Below are positions 39,701 through 51,669 of a stretch of 64,000 bases of DNA, in pieces. The DNA lies in contig JAXLNO010001599.1 in assembly GCA_038087875.1 (NCBI GenBank), forward strand, positions 124,001-188,000, read 5' to 3'. A model generated the notes under the pieces. The model was not told the origin of the DNA. It saw only the letters and a program-made list of their open reading frames with translations, and searched no databases. The stretch comes from Malacoraja senta (Eukaryota). Both the position numbers and the translations under genes were made by a program. Every line of letters begins with the position of its first letter. Position 1 is the first letter of the stretch.

Positions 39701-40998
39701 GGATAAATGGTTCATATTCGGGATGGCAACCGGTAACTAGCGGGGTTCCGCAAGGGTCGGTGCTGGGACCCCAGTTGTTCACAATTTATATAAATGATTT
39801 GGAGGAGGGAACCAAGTGTAATATATCAAAATTTGCGGACGATACAAAAATGGGAAGAAAAGTAGGGGATGAGGAGGATAGGAAGAGTCTGCAAAAGGAT
39901 ATAGATAAGCTAGGTGAGTGGGCAACAACTTGGCAGATGAAATTTAATACTAATAAATGTGAAGTCATTCACTTTGGGAAAAAAAATGATAGGGCAAGTT
40001 ATTTTCTAAATGAGGAGGAGCTGCGCTGTAATGCAACGCAAAGGGATCTAGGGGTAGTAGTACATGAATCACTAAAAGTTAGTATGCAGGTGCAGCAAGC
40101 TATCAGGAAGGCCAATGGAGTTTTGGCCTTTATTGCTAGGGGGATTGAGTATAAAAACACGGAGGTCTTGCTGCAGCTGTACACAGTATTAGTGAGACCA
40201 CATTTGGAATACTGTGTACAGTTCTGGGGTCCATACTTAAGAAAGGATGTACTGGCCCTGGAGGCAGTGCAGCGAAGGTTTACAAGATTAATTCCTGCAA
40301 TGAGGGGATTGACATATGAGGAAAGGTTAAGTAGGCTGGAACTCTACTCTTTGGAGTTTAGAAGAATGAGAGGCGATCTCATTGAAACATATAAGATCGT
40401 GAGGGGCCTTGATCAGGTGGATGCACCGAGGATGTTCCCAATGATCGGGGAAACTAGAACTAGGGGACATAGTTGCAGAATAAGGGGGGGCTCTTTTAAA
40501 ACTGAGATGAGGAAGAACTTCTTCACCCAGAGGGTGGTTAATTTATGGAATTCACTGCCCCAGGGAGCAGTGGAAGCAGAAACATTAAATATATTTAAGT
40601 CTAAAATAGATGTTTTTTTAGCTGCCAAGGGGATAAGGGGCTACGGGGAAAGGGCAGGGATATGGACCTAGGTAGGGTTAGTATAGTAAGACCTGAGTGA
40701 TCTCCTGGACAAGTGTCGATCGCCTGGATTGGGGTCGGAGAGGAATTTCCCGGATTTTTTTCCCGAATTGGACCTGGGTTTTTATCCGTTTTTTTGCCTC
40801 CCCCAGGAGATCACGCGGTTCTTGGGGTGGAGAGGGGTGATAGCGGTATAAAGGGGAGGGTAGTGTCTTGTGTTCTGTGTCTTGTGTCTACTGTTTGTGG
40901 GTAGGGGTGTTTGTTTGGTGTTCAGCCATGAGCGAATGGCGGTGCGGGCTCGATGGGCCTGGTGGTCTGCTCTCGCACCTACTTTCTATGATTCTATG
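36736..40998 (+). mobile_element. Near full-length CR1-clade LINE with several frame breaks
   Basis: ORF1 with CxxC..CxxC, coiled coil and SGNH esterase (GDS, HVGTND); ORF2 APE (YLNARS, ETWL, GDFN, SDH) and RT (GVPQGSVLGP, FADD); 3' (ATTCTATG)-type terminal repeat. Confidence 0.95.
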
Positions 40999-41639
40999 AC
41001 TCACAACTGTGAGAAAAAGTGTTTCCTCATCTCCGTTCTAAATGGCTTACCCCTTATTCTTAAAAGATGGCCCCTGGTTCTGGACTCCCCCTACATCAGG
41101 AATATCTTTCTTGCCTCTAGCGTGTCCAAACCCTTAATAATCTTATATGTTTCAATAAGATTCCCTCTCATCCTTCTAAACTCCAGGGTATACAAGCCCA
41201 GCTACTCCATTCTCTCAGCATATGATAGTCCCGCCATTCCAGGAATTAACTTGATGAACCTACGCTGCACTCCCTCAATAGCAAGAATGTCCTTCCTCGC
41301 ATTAGGGGACCAAAACTGCACACAATACTCCAGGTGTGGTCTCACTAGAGCCCTGTACAACTACAGAAGGACCTCTTTGCTCCTATACTCAACTCCTCTT
41401 GTTATAAAGGCCATCATGCCATTCGCTTTCTTCACTCCCTGCTGTACCTTCATGCTTGCTTTCATTGACTGTTGAATAAGGACCCCGAGATCCCATTGTA
41501 CTTCCCCATTTCCCAACTTGACCCAATTTAGATAGTAATCTGCCTTCCTATTTTTGCTACCAAAGGATAACCTCACATTTATCCACATTAAATTGCATCT
41601 GCCATGCATCTGCCCACTCACCCAACCTGTCCAAGTCAC
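40999..41639 (-). mobile_element. CR1 fragment, host of the two nested LINEs (other pieces 34671-34758 and 36610-36735)
   Basis: RT C-terminal translation; the pieces rejoin into the same sequence seen uninterrupted at 11420-11700. Confidence 0.85.
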
Positions 41640-41874
41640 CTGTAGATTGCCCTTTCATTGAAATGTCGGTGCCCTGGATTATTTTTGAACTCATCTCCAC
41701 CCTCTTTAAAGTGTTGTCTGATCCTGGACAAAGTGAAGCAGTTTATTGTGGTCGGCATAATCTCATGCTGATAAATACTGAGGACACAGACTGGGAATAT
41801 GTGGATCTCCTGTTTCCTCAACACAGGAGGTGAAAATCTCTTAACATTTAAATCAATGAATCTTCCATTTCCAG

Positions 41875-42002
41875 GTGGAGAATGTCCCGGCTGCTCGAAG
41901 TGTCTGCCGAAGTTCTTCTACCAGAGTAATCTCAATGTGACATTCTCAGATGGTTCTACCCGGCAGTATCATTGTTGGGCAGGAAAGTGTGAAATAAAGT
42001 AA
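41875..42002 (+). CDS. IgW: Short-form IgW secretory exon, cysteine-rich tail GGECPGCSKCLPKFFYQSNLNVTFSDGSTRQYHCWAGKCEIK*
   Basis: Acceptor TTTCCAG, phase 1, five Cys, NVT sequon, stop at 42000-42002; matches my recollection of the skate IgX short secretory tail. Confidence 0.9.
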
Positions 42003-43778
42003 TTGGCTGCGTATGGAATTTGTCATTCTATTATTACAACCCATTTATAAGATTCAAATCCAACCCCTGGTATCCATTGGGATCAAAGTGTACCAGAGTG
42101 GGGGGAAATACCCAATTCAAGCTGCCTCCCTCTCCCCTCCACGTTGCCTGTATACTCATTCATTTGCAGACATTGCTGCTTCACATCCCAGTGCCAATGG
42201 CCAGATTTCTTCTTGCTCAGACTCTAGTCAGCAAGGACCACCCAGAGATCGCAAGGCAGGATATGTTTAAGGTGAATGGTGTGAAATGTCAAAGTGGCTC
42301 AGTAAAAAATTGGGTGACCCTATAATAAAGGCAAACTGGTGAGGCAAGATCCAGGGCTCTAACCGCTCTCCTGTCCCATACTGGCTTTGGGTGAAAACTG
42401 TGGTTAGCACAAATTGCCACAGATTTATTAACCCAACTCCCGGACACAGACCTCAGTCCAAAGGAGAAACTCAGGGAATGCAAGGAATGTTGCAAGGAAT
42501 GGACGTGTTTGGTTATATTCATCCAAGGATAAGCAAGACAAAATGTCTCTTGTGGAAGATACCAATATTTTACAGCATGGAGAGTATCTATACTCTGCCA
42601 GGTTTCATATGAGGCGATTTCCCCCCGACACCGCGATGGTGGAACTACACGACTGTCACTGATATGGGACGGGATTGAGCATCTTGCAAACACACATGTT
42701 AAACAATATCACATTGCTGATTAAAACAAGATTCACAAAGCAAGAACATTGTACACGGTTAAACTAGGCTTACAAATTTCTGATGACACTGCAACAACTG
42801 TCATCCACACTAATATCACGCACATAACTATTTTTGAAAGGAATTTGCTCGCCATTTTGCTTAAAGAATGAGGGGTTGTGAAATAGACAACATCTTACAT
42901 TGACAAATGTTATGTCTCCTGTCAGACAGATACTGTGTATGACCTCTGCTTCTACGCAGCTGAAGGCTTTAATCTCCAGGCTCACTGAAAGTTTCAATTC
43001 TGACACAAACGTAATCACCCTCCACAATAAGTGCTTGAGAGCAAAAACAGCTCATGTGGTCCAAGTGACTGAGTGTGTAAACAGTGCCCACACGAGAGTG
43101 ATCTGAGTGCAACTAGACTCATATTGCTGCTTCAGAAGACAAGTGGCAGTGCAGGTCAGTCAGGGGCAATGAATGAATAAATTATTCTCTTCCTCGCCCA
43201 ATGATTCTGAAACGGGAAAATACATCTAATGCAGAATTTCATCCCAATCTGCAGCAGGAGGGGGACCTTAATACTTCTAACCATTTATGATTTGCTCTGC
43301 TGTCGCTGGAGAGTCAGCCACTAATTTATTTCAGATAGTTTCTATCAATTACTGAAACGCCTCAAAGTCTTCACTGGAGCACAGTCACACTAAACTGACA
43401 CTAGTCTGTAGCCATTTTGCTACAGGTGTGGAGTTGCGTACTGGCCAGAACAGATATGATGACACATTCCCTTCCATGAAGTGCAGCAGTGAACTATCAA
43501 CATGCGTCACCACCAACGGAAGCGTTTTACGTCAGAATGCATTTATTAATAGAATTGAAATTCCCAGATCACGGGTTGGAATTTGGAGCTCATGTCACCA
43601 GATCGACAACTCCTGGATTCACATTTACCATCATTCCTCATTTCAAGGAGGAGAGATGGGATCTGCTGAGTGAGTTTTGGTGCTTGTGGGCAACATTGCA
43701 ACGTGACACAGCAAGTGGTACAAAGGTGAAAGGAGTGCAGGCTTACGAGTGCCCAGAGTTGGAGTAGTCGCCCAATGA

Positions 43779-43898
43779 GTCGTACCTTGTTCTGGTCGCC
43801 GTTGGATTTTCAACATGTTGAAAATTTTCGGCGACCTGCAACGACCTATGACGGGTGCCGGCAGTCGCCGAAAAAGTCGCGTAAGTGGGACGGGCCCT
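43779..43898. mobile_element. Right end of the same Harbinger-type MITE family
   Basis: AAGTGGGACGGGCCCT|TTA end, same subterminal repeats. Confidence 0.7.
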
Positions 43899-43954
43899 TT
43901 AGTAACAGATGAGTCTCAACTAAAATTCTGAACTTTTCCATTTCTGATCCACAG

Positions 43955-44257
43955 TATTGTCCGTCTTCATTCAAAATCCTGGCATGAAAGAGATTTGGAT
44001 CAACAAGACCGCTACGCTGGTGTGTTCAGTGATCTGTAGTGATCCGAGCCAGGTCCATCTCACCTGGAAGGTGGGAGGAAAGGAGAGAAGTAAAGGAGTT
44101 GTGACCCGTACACTGAGCCATGAAGGCACCCGAAACCCAGTGATCAGTGAACTCCGGACCAGCGTGGAGGAGTGGACCAGCGGGGTGGAGTTTGTGTGCT
44201 TCGCCCAACAATCTTCATCATCCTCACCAGTGTCAGCGCGGACCAACCATAACAAAG
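43955..44257 (+). CDS. IgW: IgW C3-type exon, copy a (VLSVFIQNPGMKEIWINKTATLVC...EEWTSGVEFVC...NHNK)
   Basis: Acceptor CACAG, 303 nt, C1-set motifs, donor G|GTGGG. Confidence 0.93.
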
Positions 44258-44803
44258 GTGGGCAACAGATCAGTGATTAAATGGCCGTGACAGAGAGAGA
44301 GAGAGGGTACAGAGGGGATTTACAAGGATGTTGCCAGGGCTAGAGAGCTATAGGGAGAGGTTGAGTGGGCTGGGACTCTATTCCTTGGAGCGTAGGAGGA
44401 TGAGGGAATATCTTATTGAGGTGTATAAAATCATGAGAGAAATAGATTGGATAGATGCACAGAGTCTCTTGCCCAGAGTAGGTGAATTGAATACCAGAGG
44501 ACATAGGTTTAAGGTGAAGGGGGAAAGATTTAATAGGAATCTGAGGGGTAACGTTTTCACGCAAAGGTTGGAGGATGTATGAAACAAGCTGCCAGAGCAG
44601 GTAGTTGAGGCAGGGACTATCCTAACATTAAAAAAACAGACAGGGACAGGTTTGGAGGGATGGGGACCAAACACGGCAGATGAGACTAATGTAACTGGGA
44701 CATGTTGGCCAGGGTGGGCAAGTTGGGCTGAAGGGCCTGTTTCCACACTGTATCACTCTATGACTCTACGAGAGAGTTTAACATTTATTTTCCTCTGTTC
44801 CAG

Positions 44804-45121
44804 TTGAGCCCAAAAAACCTGAAGTCAGACTGCTGCTTCCAGCACACGAAGAGACCAAGCGTAGCCACAAGGTCACCCTCGAGTGTGTGGTCTCTGGATT
44901 CTACCCAGACCTCATCACCGTCACTTGGAGTAAAGACGGTGCCCTGATCTCCAACAACACCAGTGCTGCACCAACTGCTCTGGAGCAGGGGGGCACTTTC
45001 AGTGCCATCCACTTCCTGACCATGAGTACAGAGGATTGGAAGTCAGGCTCACGCTTCGATTGTACAGTGTATCATCGCGCCTCCAACACCATCATCACGA
45101 AGGATGTGAAGAACATCCAAG
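44804..45121 (+). CDS. IgW: IgW C4-type exon, copy a (VEPKKPEVRLL...LECVVSGFYP...FDCTVYH...KNIQ)
   Basis: Acceptor TTCCAG, 318 nt, C1-set motifs, donor G|GTAGG. Confidence 0.93.
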
Positions 45122-45255
45122 GTAGGCTCCTGGGATTCACTCCATTCTCCACATTGTAAACTGTGTCACACATGGGCAACACTGTAACACGGTGCAGTCC
45201 TGTTGTGGGCTTGTAAGTGAGTCTGGCCACAGAAATAATTGTATCTTTGACATTG

Positions 45256-46370
45256 CTTTAGAAACTTGAGGGCAATCCAAGCCAGTCGACAGGCCAGACA
45301 CGGTGGAGATCCACGATACTCTTCTTCAAAACGGTCTTTCCCTCTGCCTTTGTACTTAATGCCAGTGGGTGCCTCAGCTGTGACAGAGTGTCCAGCAGAG
45401 CAGCTCTCTCCCTGCCCCAGCGTGGCAACAGTCAGTCTGGGCAATGTGTAGCAGCCTCTGGAACAGGCCGGCTGCAACACACAACATTCTGACAAAGCAG
45501 CAGGAGAGTTTAGTTACACCTCATGGATACAAACTGCATTTAAACAGTTGTGACTAAATGAAAGGACACAAAGTGCTGGAGTAACTCAGCAGGTCAGGCA
45601 ACATCCCTGGAGGACATGGGGAGGTGAGGTTTCGGGTCGAGACCTTTCTTCATCCTACTCCAGACCACTCGCGACTAAATAACATAATGCCGCTGCTTCT
45701 AATTTATAATATAAAGTGAAGAACTTTCCGCTGACTGGTTAGTACGCAACACAAGCTTTTCACTGTACCTCGGTACACGTGACAATAAACTAAACTGAAC
45801 TGAACATTTTGACCTCAAACATTAGCTTGATTTGCCTCTCCTCAGAGGGAATTTCATACATTTGATTCAGTAAATAGCTGGTAACAGGTTCAATGATCAC
45901 AAAACTGTCAAATAATGTAAAAGTCAACTTGTTCATTCACATTGTTTAGCAAGGTTTCCTTGTGGGATCAATAGGAAGCTTCATTCCTACACCAATGTAG
46001 ATAAAACTCCCTGAAGTTGATTGGACCGGCATATCATTCGGTGGAGATGAACACAAAATACTTCAGTGGCAAGCTGCTCCATCAGGGAACGATGACATAA
46101 TAATTGTGATTTTTCTAGATGGCTGTTCAGATACCCACCCCTCGGTCACTTTAAGCAAACCTTCCTTCGAAGAGATCTGGATCAACAAGACAGCCACCAT
46201 TCTGTGTAAGGTGGTTCACAATGATTTAGAGGTATTCAGGGTAACCTGGCAAGTGAATGGAATGAAGAGAGAAGACGGGGTGACAACTCATGGTGCAGAG
46301 AGGATCGGAGGTGCAGACACCATCACCAGCGGACTGACGGCCCCCGCTGCAGAGTGGGAGAGTGGGGCTC
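45256..46370 (+). repeat. Segmental duplicate of 53074-54189 (intron plus 5' part of C5)
   Basis: Near-identical sequence at offset about 7818. Confidence 0.95.
46119..46370 (+). pseudogene. IgW: Truncated C5-type exon (DGCSDTHP...EWESG), second Cys and splice donor lost
   Basis: Near-identical to 53938-54189, then breaks into repeat sequence; frame runs to TGA at 46409-46411. Confidence 0.9.
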
Positions 46371-48594
46371 CAGAGATGGCGTCTCTCCAGAGATGGCGTC
46401 TGTCCCACTGAGTTACTCAAGCTTCTTGATAAATGAATCGTTGGAAGCTCCTTCGTGGCGTGTTGCTATTCAGAGTTTTAAGTGTATTTGTACTAACCCG
46501 TGCAATATGCTTGCCAAAGATAGGAGGCGTTCAGTGGGGAAGTTCACAAAATAAGTTCACAAGTTCAAGAAGGAACTGCAGATGCTTGAAAATCGAAGGT
46601 AGACAAAAGTGTTGGAGAAACTCAGCGGGTGCGGCAGCATCTATGGAGCGAAGGAAATAGGCAACGTTTCGGGCTGAAACCCTTCTTCAGTCTGAAGAAG
46701 GGTTTCGGCCCGAAATGTTGCCTATTTCCTTCGCTCCATAGATGCTGCCGCACCCGCAAATAAGTTCACAAGCTGCGTTGGTAATTAAGACCAGAGTTAT
46801 TTTTGTGTGTTATGAAAGATAAATTAATTTCAGGTTTTTTACTTCACAATTATTCTCCTAAAAAGTTACCCACAACTTTACATTGTAAATGGGTTGGTTT
46901 CAGTCCAGCAAAAACACATAACATAAGTCCTTAATGACATTTCTTAGAAACACAGTGAGAGAGTGTGAGGTGTAGATGGGATATGACTCCAATTTTTAAC
47001 TAACTCCTGTGTTCGTGTATTCATATTTTTCCAATAAATTATGGTATCTACACCGGATGATAGATAGTCTATCGTACAATATAGGAAAACATTCTCATAT
47101 TTACAATTAAGGGCCAATTGTATTCGGGTTTTTAATAAAAACTCTGTTTACCTGAGTTTAAATTGAAACTTGGGCCAGGCGCTGGGAAACTCTGGGACAC
47201 CACTGCTGAAGAGAACATCTGAGCTTTGTCTTTCATTCAAAGGTTCGCGGGGAGGCTGGGTTGACTGTTGGGCTCTGAAAACTGATTCCCAGGGCTGGGG
47301 TGAGTGTGAAAGGGATGGTTTCTGGGCAGATCTGCCCAATCAGCAATGTTTTGAGCCGCTGCTTTTTATACAGTTTAAGTCGCAACGGTGGGACGGCTGC
47401 TCTGACGGACATACTGGGTGAGTAGAGACACACACACTGCTATCCCTCTGGTCTACGGACCTTGCTATCGGGGGAAAAAATAACCTTAATGTTCAATTTA
47501 CCTAATCTTTTTGTTAGATGTTTACCAATGTTTTGATGAGAGATAAATTAAGGGAATAAAACAATCTTACTAGACACAAAAAGCTGGAGCAACTCAGCCA
47601 AGCCGGACGGCAGAATCTCTGGAGAGGAGGGTCGAAACGTTTTTTCAGTCTGAAGAAGGGACTCGACCAGAAACGTCACCCATTCCTTCTCTCCAGAAAT
47701 GCTGCATGTCCCGCTGAGTTACTCCAGCATTTTGTGTCTATCTTCGGTGTAAACCAGCATTTGCAGTTCCTCCCGACACAAAACAGCCTATGCCTTTCAA
47801 TGATTGATGCCAGACCTTGAACAAATGCTGTTCAAATGGACTTTTGAATGCAATTTTGGAAGGATTGTTTCTTGAAACAAACTGCTCTAAAAGTTTGTGG
47901 GAAGGAATTGCAGATACTAGTTTAAACCAAAAATAGACACAAAATGATGGACTAACTCAGCTGGTCAGGCAGCATCTCTGGAGAAAAGAAATAGGTGATG
48001 TTTCCGGTCGAGATCGTTCTTCAGGCTGTGTCTATTTATAGTGAAAATAAAACTGCATGACATCATTTTTACCATGTGATGATTTTTCCACACGTCGGTA
48101 GTCGTTGTTGGCTCAAGAGTAACTCGGGAGAGGAGCTTGGTAACTCGGGAGAGGAACTTGGTACATCGCAGAAATGAGAAGTAAACGGCAAACTTGGACA
48201 TACACGTGGGAACTCGTTTAAACTCGTGAACATAAACTTGGAATCTCGTAGACAACCACGAGTTCGATTTTTTCTTTCACTCGGGATCACTCGTGGGTGG
48301 ACTCGCACCGTGAGACAGGGTATTAGTGTTATTGTATTTGTATAAGTGTTGTGGAGAATGTATTGTGTTCGATTATTAGAAATTAGAGAGTGCGCATAAT
48401 TTCAAGGGTCAAACTCTGTATAAATGCTGAGTGGAATTTCAGAGCAGCAGGTAACTGGGACTGTGCTGCTCTCTTTGTGCACACGTCAATAAAGTGAGTC
48501 TGGAAAATGAATGCAAGTTGTCAGAGTCCAGTTGATCGGCGACGACAACACCAGACCTTGTCCGGTTTGTAAGCTTCCTATTTCTCATCTGCAG

Positions 48595-48897
48595 AATTGT
48601 CTGTCTTTATCCAAAACCCCTCCACTGAAGAGATTTGGATCAACAAGACCGCTACTGTGGTGTGCATGGTAATGGGTGCTGATCTGAGCCAGGTCCAAAT
48701 CTACTGGCAAGTGAGCGGAAGGGAGAGAACAACAGGGGCTGTGACCCACCACCCGAGAGGGGAAAGGACCCAAGACAGAGTGAGCAGTAAACTCCAGAGC
48801 AGTGTGGAGGAATGGACCAGTGGGGTGGAGGTTGTGTGCTCTGCCCAACGATCTCCATCATCCTCACCAGTGTCAGCACGGACAGAAAGTGCCAAAG
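48595..48897 (+). CDS. IgW: IgW C3-type exon, copy b
   Basis: Acceptor CTGCAG, 303 nt open frame, donor G|GTGGG. Confidence 0.9.
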
Positions 48898-48943
48898 GTG
48901 GGCGAGAGATCGGCAATGATACGGCCAACATTAGTTACCATGA

Positions 48944-49281
48944 AGGGCCTGTCCCACTTACGCGACTTTTTCGGTGACTGCCGGCACCCGTCATAGGTCA
49001 CTGTAGGTCGGGAAAAATTTTCAACATGTTGAAAATTCAGCGGCGACCAGAAAGACGCTACGACTCTTTATGCGACTTAGGAGACTCACGACCATACAGG
49101 CGACACCTTGGTGACATGTCGTGGGGTGAAGCCTGTATGGTCGTGAGTAGTCGCCCAAAGAGTCGTACCTTGTGCCGGTCGCCGCTGATTTTTCAACATG
49201 TTGAAATTTTTCGGCAATCTGTAACGACCTATGACGAGTGCCTGCAGTCAACGAAAAAGTCGTGTAAGTGGGAGAGGCCCT
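48944..49281. mobile_element. Harbinger-type MITE in the C3b-C4b intron (copies at 51000-51309 and 62830-63167)
   Basis: TIRs AGGGCCTGTCCCACTTA / TAAGTGGGAGAGGCCCT, 3-bp TSD TGA on both sides. Confidence 0.85.
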
Positions 49282-49323
49282 TGAGAAAGAGGGACTCACG
49301 TCTACTTTGTTCCTCTGTTCCAG

Positions 49324-49641
49324 TTGAAACAAAAAGACCCAAGATCAGACTGCTGCCTCCAGCTCACCAAGAGACCAAGCGTAGCCACACAGCCACCCTC
49401 GAGTGTGTGCTCGCTGGTTTCTACCCGGACCTCATAAACGTCACTTGGGAGAAAGATGGAGCCCCGATCTCCTCCACTACCAGCGCTACACCAACTGCTC
49501 TGGAGCAGGGGGGGACTTTCAGTGCCAGCCACTTCCTGACTGTGAGTTCAGAGGATTGGAAGAAAGGCTCAGTCTTCGGCTGTACAGTGTCTCATCCTCC
49601 CTCGAACACCATTATCAGTCGGGAAGTGAAAAGCTTTCAAG
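49324..49641 (+). CDS. IgW: IgW C4-type exon, copy b
   Basis: Acceptor TTCCAG, 318 nt open frame, donor G|GTACG. Confidence 0.9.
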
Positions 49642-49952
49642 GTACGGTGCTGGGATTCACTCTAATCATCACATCTTTTACCCCGTCACAAAATAGGGCC
49701 AGGCAAGTTTTGCACTGCAGGACAGGTGTTGTAGTGTGTGAGTGAGGGAGTGATAACCAAGAGGCCTAGACTAGTGTCAAGAAGAGTCAAGAGTGTTTTA
49801 TTGTCATATGTCCCAGACGGGACAAGGAAATTCTTACTTGCTGCAGGACAACAGAATATGTGAATATGTAAACATAGTGCATAACGGGGGAAGAGCAAAA
49901 AAGAAAAAGTTCAATAAATAACAAATAGTGCAAATAACAAATAATAATATAG

Positions 49953-50530
49953 TATTTAGCCTGATGGCCTGATGATTAAAACTGTTCTTCAGTCTGGTGG
50001 TACTTGCAGCCATGCTCCTGTATCGTCTGCCTGTCGGTAACAAGGAGAACAGTCTGTGTGCTGGGTGGCTGTGGTCCATGATGATGCTGTGTGCCTTCCG
50101 CAGGCAACGCCGGTGGAAAATGTTTTGAATGGCCAGGAGACAGTTGCCAGTGATGTGTCTGTGCCGCCTTCACCACTCTGTAGTGATTTGCGGCTGTGGG
50201 CAGAACAGTTCCCGTACCAGACTGTGATGCAGCCCGTCAGCAGGCTCTCGATGGTGCATCTGTAGAAGTTTGTGAGGATGCTGGCGTTCATGTCAATCTT
50301 CCTCAGTCTTCTCAGGAAAAAGAGCCACTGGCGGGCTTTCTTTGTTATTGTGTCCGTGTGCAGTGTCCAGGAGAGGTCCTCAGTGATGTGCACACTGAGG
50401 AACTTGAAGCTGCTGACCCTTTCAACCTCAGCATCACCGATATGGATGGGGAGGTGTCCACTCCCCTGCTGTCTCCTGTAGTCCACGATCATCTCTTTAG
50501 TTTTGCAGACATTGAGAGAGAGGTTGTTCC
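49953..50530 (-). mobile_element. L2-type LINE fragment (copy begins at 63839)
   Basis: ORF 49989-50540 motifs KTKEMIVDYR and FYRCTIES. Confidence 0.8.
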
Positions 50531-50650
50531 TTGTGCACACGTCAATAAAGTGAGTCTGGAAAATGAATGCAAGTTGTCAGAGTGCAGTTGATCGGTGACG
50601 ACAACACCAGACCTTGTCTGGTTTGTAAGCTTCCTATTTCTCATCTGCAG

Positions 50651-50953
50651 AATTGTCTGTCTTTATCCAAAACCCCTCCACTGAAGAGATTTGGATCAAC
50701 AAGACCGCTACTGTGGTGTGCGTGGTAATGGGTGCTGATCTGAGCCAGGTCCAAATCTACTGGCAAGTGAGCGGAAGGGAGAGAACAACAGGGGCTGTGA
50801 CCCTCCAACCGAGAGGAGAAAAGACCCAAGACAGAGTGAGCAGTAAACTCCGGAGCAGTGTGGAGGAATGGACCAGCGGGGTGGAGGTTGTGTGCTCTGC
50901 CCAACGATCTCCATCATCCTCACCAGTGTCAGCACGGACAGAAAGTGCCAAAG
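50651..50953 (+). CDS. IgW: IgW C3-type exon, copy c
   Basis: Acceptor CTGCAG, 303 nt open frame, intact donor. Confidence 0.9.
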
Positions 50954-51351
50954 GTGGGCGAGAGATCGGCAATGATACGGCTAACATTAGTTACCATGAA
51001 GGGCCTGTCCCACTTACGCGACTTTTTTGGTGACTGCCGGCACCCGTCATAGGTCGTTGAAAATTCAGCGGCGACCAGAGAGACGCTACGATTCTTTATG
51101 TGACTGAGGAGACTCACGACCATACAGGCGACACCTTGGCGACATGTCGCGGGGTAAAGCCTGCATGGTCGTGAGTAGTCGCCCAAAGCGTCGTACCTTG
51201 TTCTGGTCGCCGCTAGATTTTCAACATGTTGAACATTTTCGCCAACCTGTAACGACATATGATGGGTGCCGGCAGTCGCCGAAAAAGTTGCGTATGTGGG
51301 ACAGGCCCTTGAGGAAGAGGGTCTCACATCTACTTTGCTCCTCTGTTCTAG

Positions 51352-51669
51352 TTGAAACAAAAAGTCCGAAGGTCAGACTGCTGCCTCCAGCTCACCAAGA
51401 GACCAAGCGTAGCCACACAGCCACCCTCGAGTGTGTGCTCTCTGGTTTCTACCCGGACCTCATAAACGTCACTTGGGAGAAAGATGGAGCCCCGATCTCC
51501 TCCACCACCAGCGCTACACCGACTGCTCTGGAGCAGGGGGGGACTTTCAGTGCCAGCCACTTCCTGACTGTGAGTTCAGAGGATTGGAAGAAAGGCTCAG
51601 TCTTCGGCTGTACAGTGTCTCATCCCCCCTCGAACACCAGTATCAGTCGGGAAGTGAAAAGCTTTCAAG
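51352..51669 (+). CDS. IgW: IgW C4-type exon, copy c
   Basis: Acceptor TTCTAG, 318 nt open frame, intact donor. Confidence 0.9.

Larger units (their letters stand above)
46382..50110 (+). repeat. Segmental duplicate of 60282 to window end (intron, C3, MITE, C4, L2)
   Basis: Near-identical sequence at offset 13886-13900. Confidence 0.95.

Noticed and set aside
47148-47372. Minus-strand TATA-like GTATAAAAAG followed by a CAG|GTAAAC donor-like site
   Set aside because: The peptide is uninformative, the unit-2 copy has a 2-nt indel in it, and nothing else supports an antisense exon
49026-49745. 239-aa ORF fusing a novel N-terminus to C4 (likewise 51144 and 63002)
   Set aside because: Chance read-through from the MITE into the exon; a proper acceptor sits at the exon start
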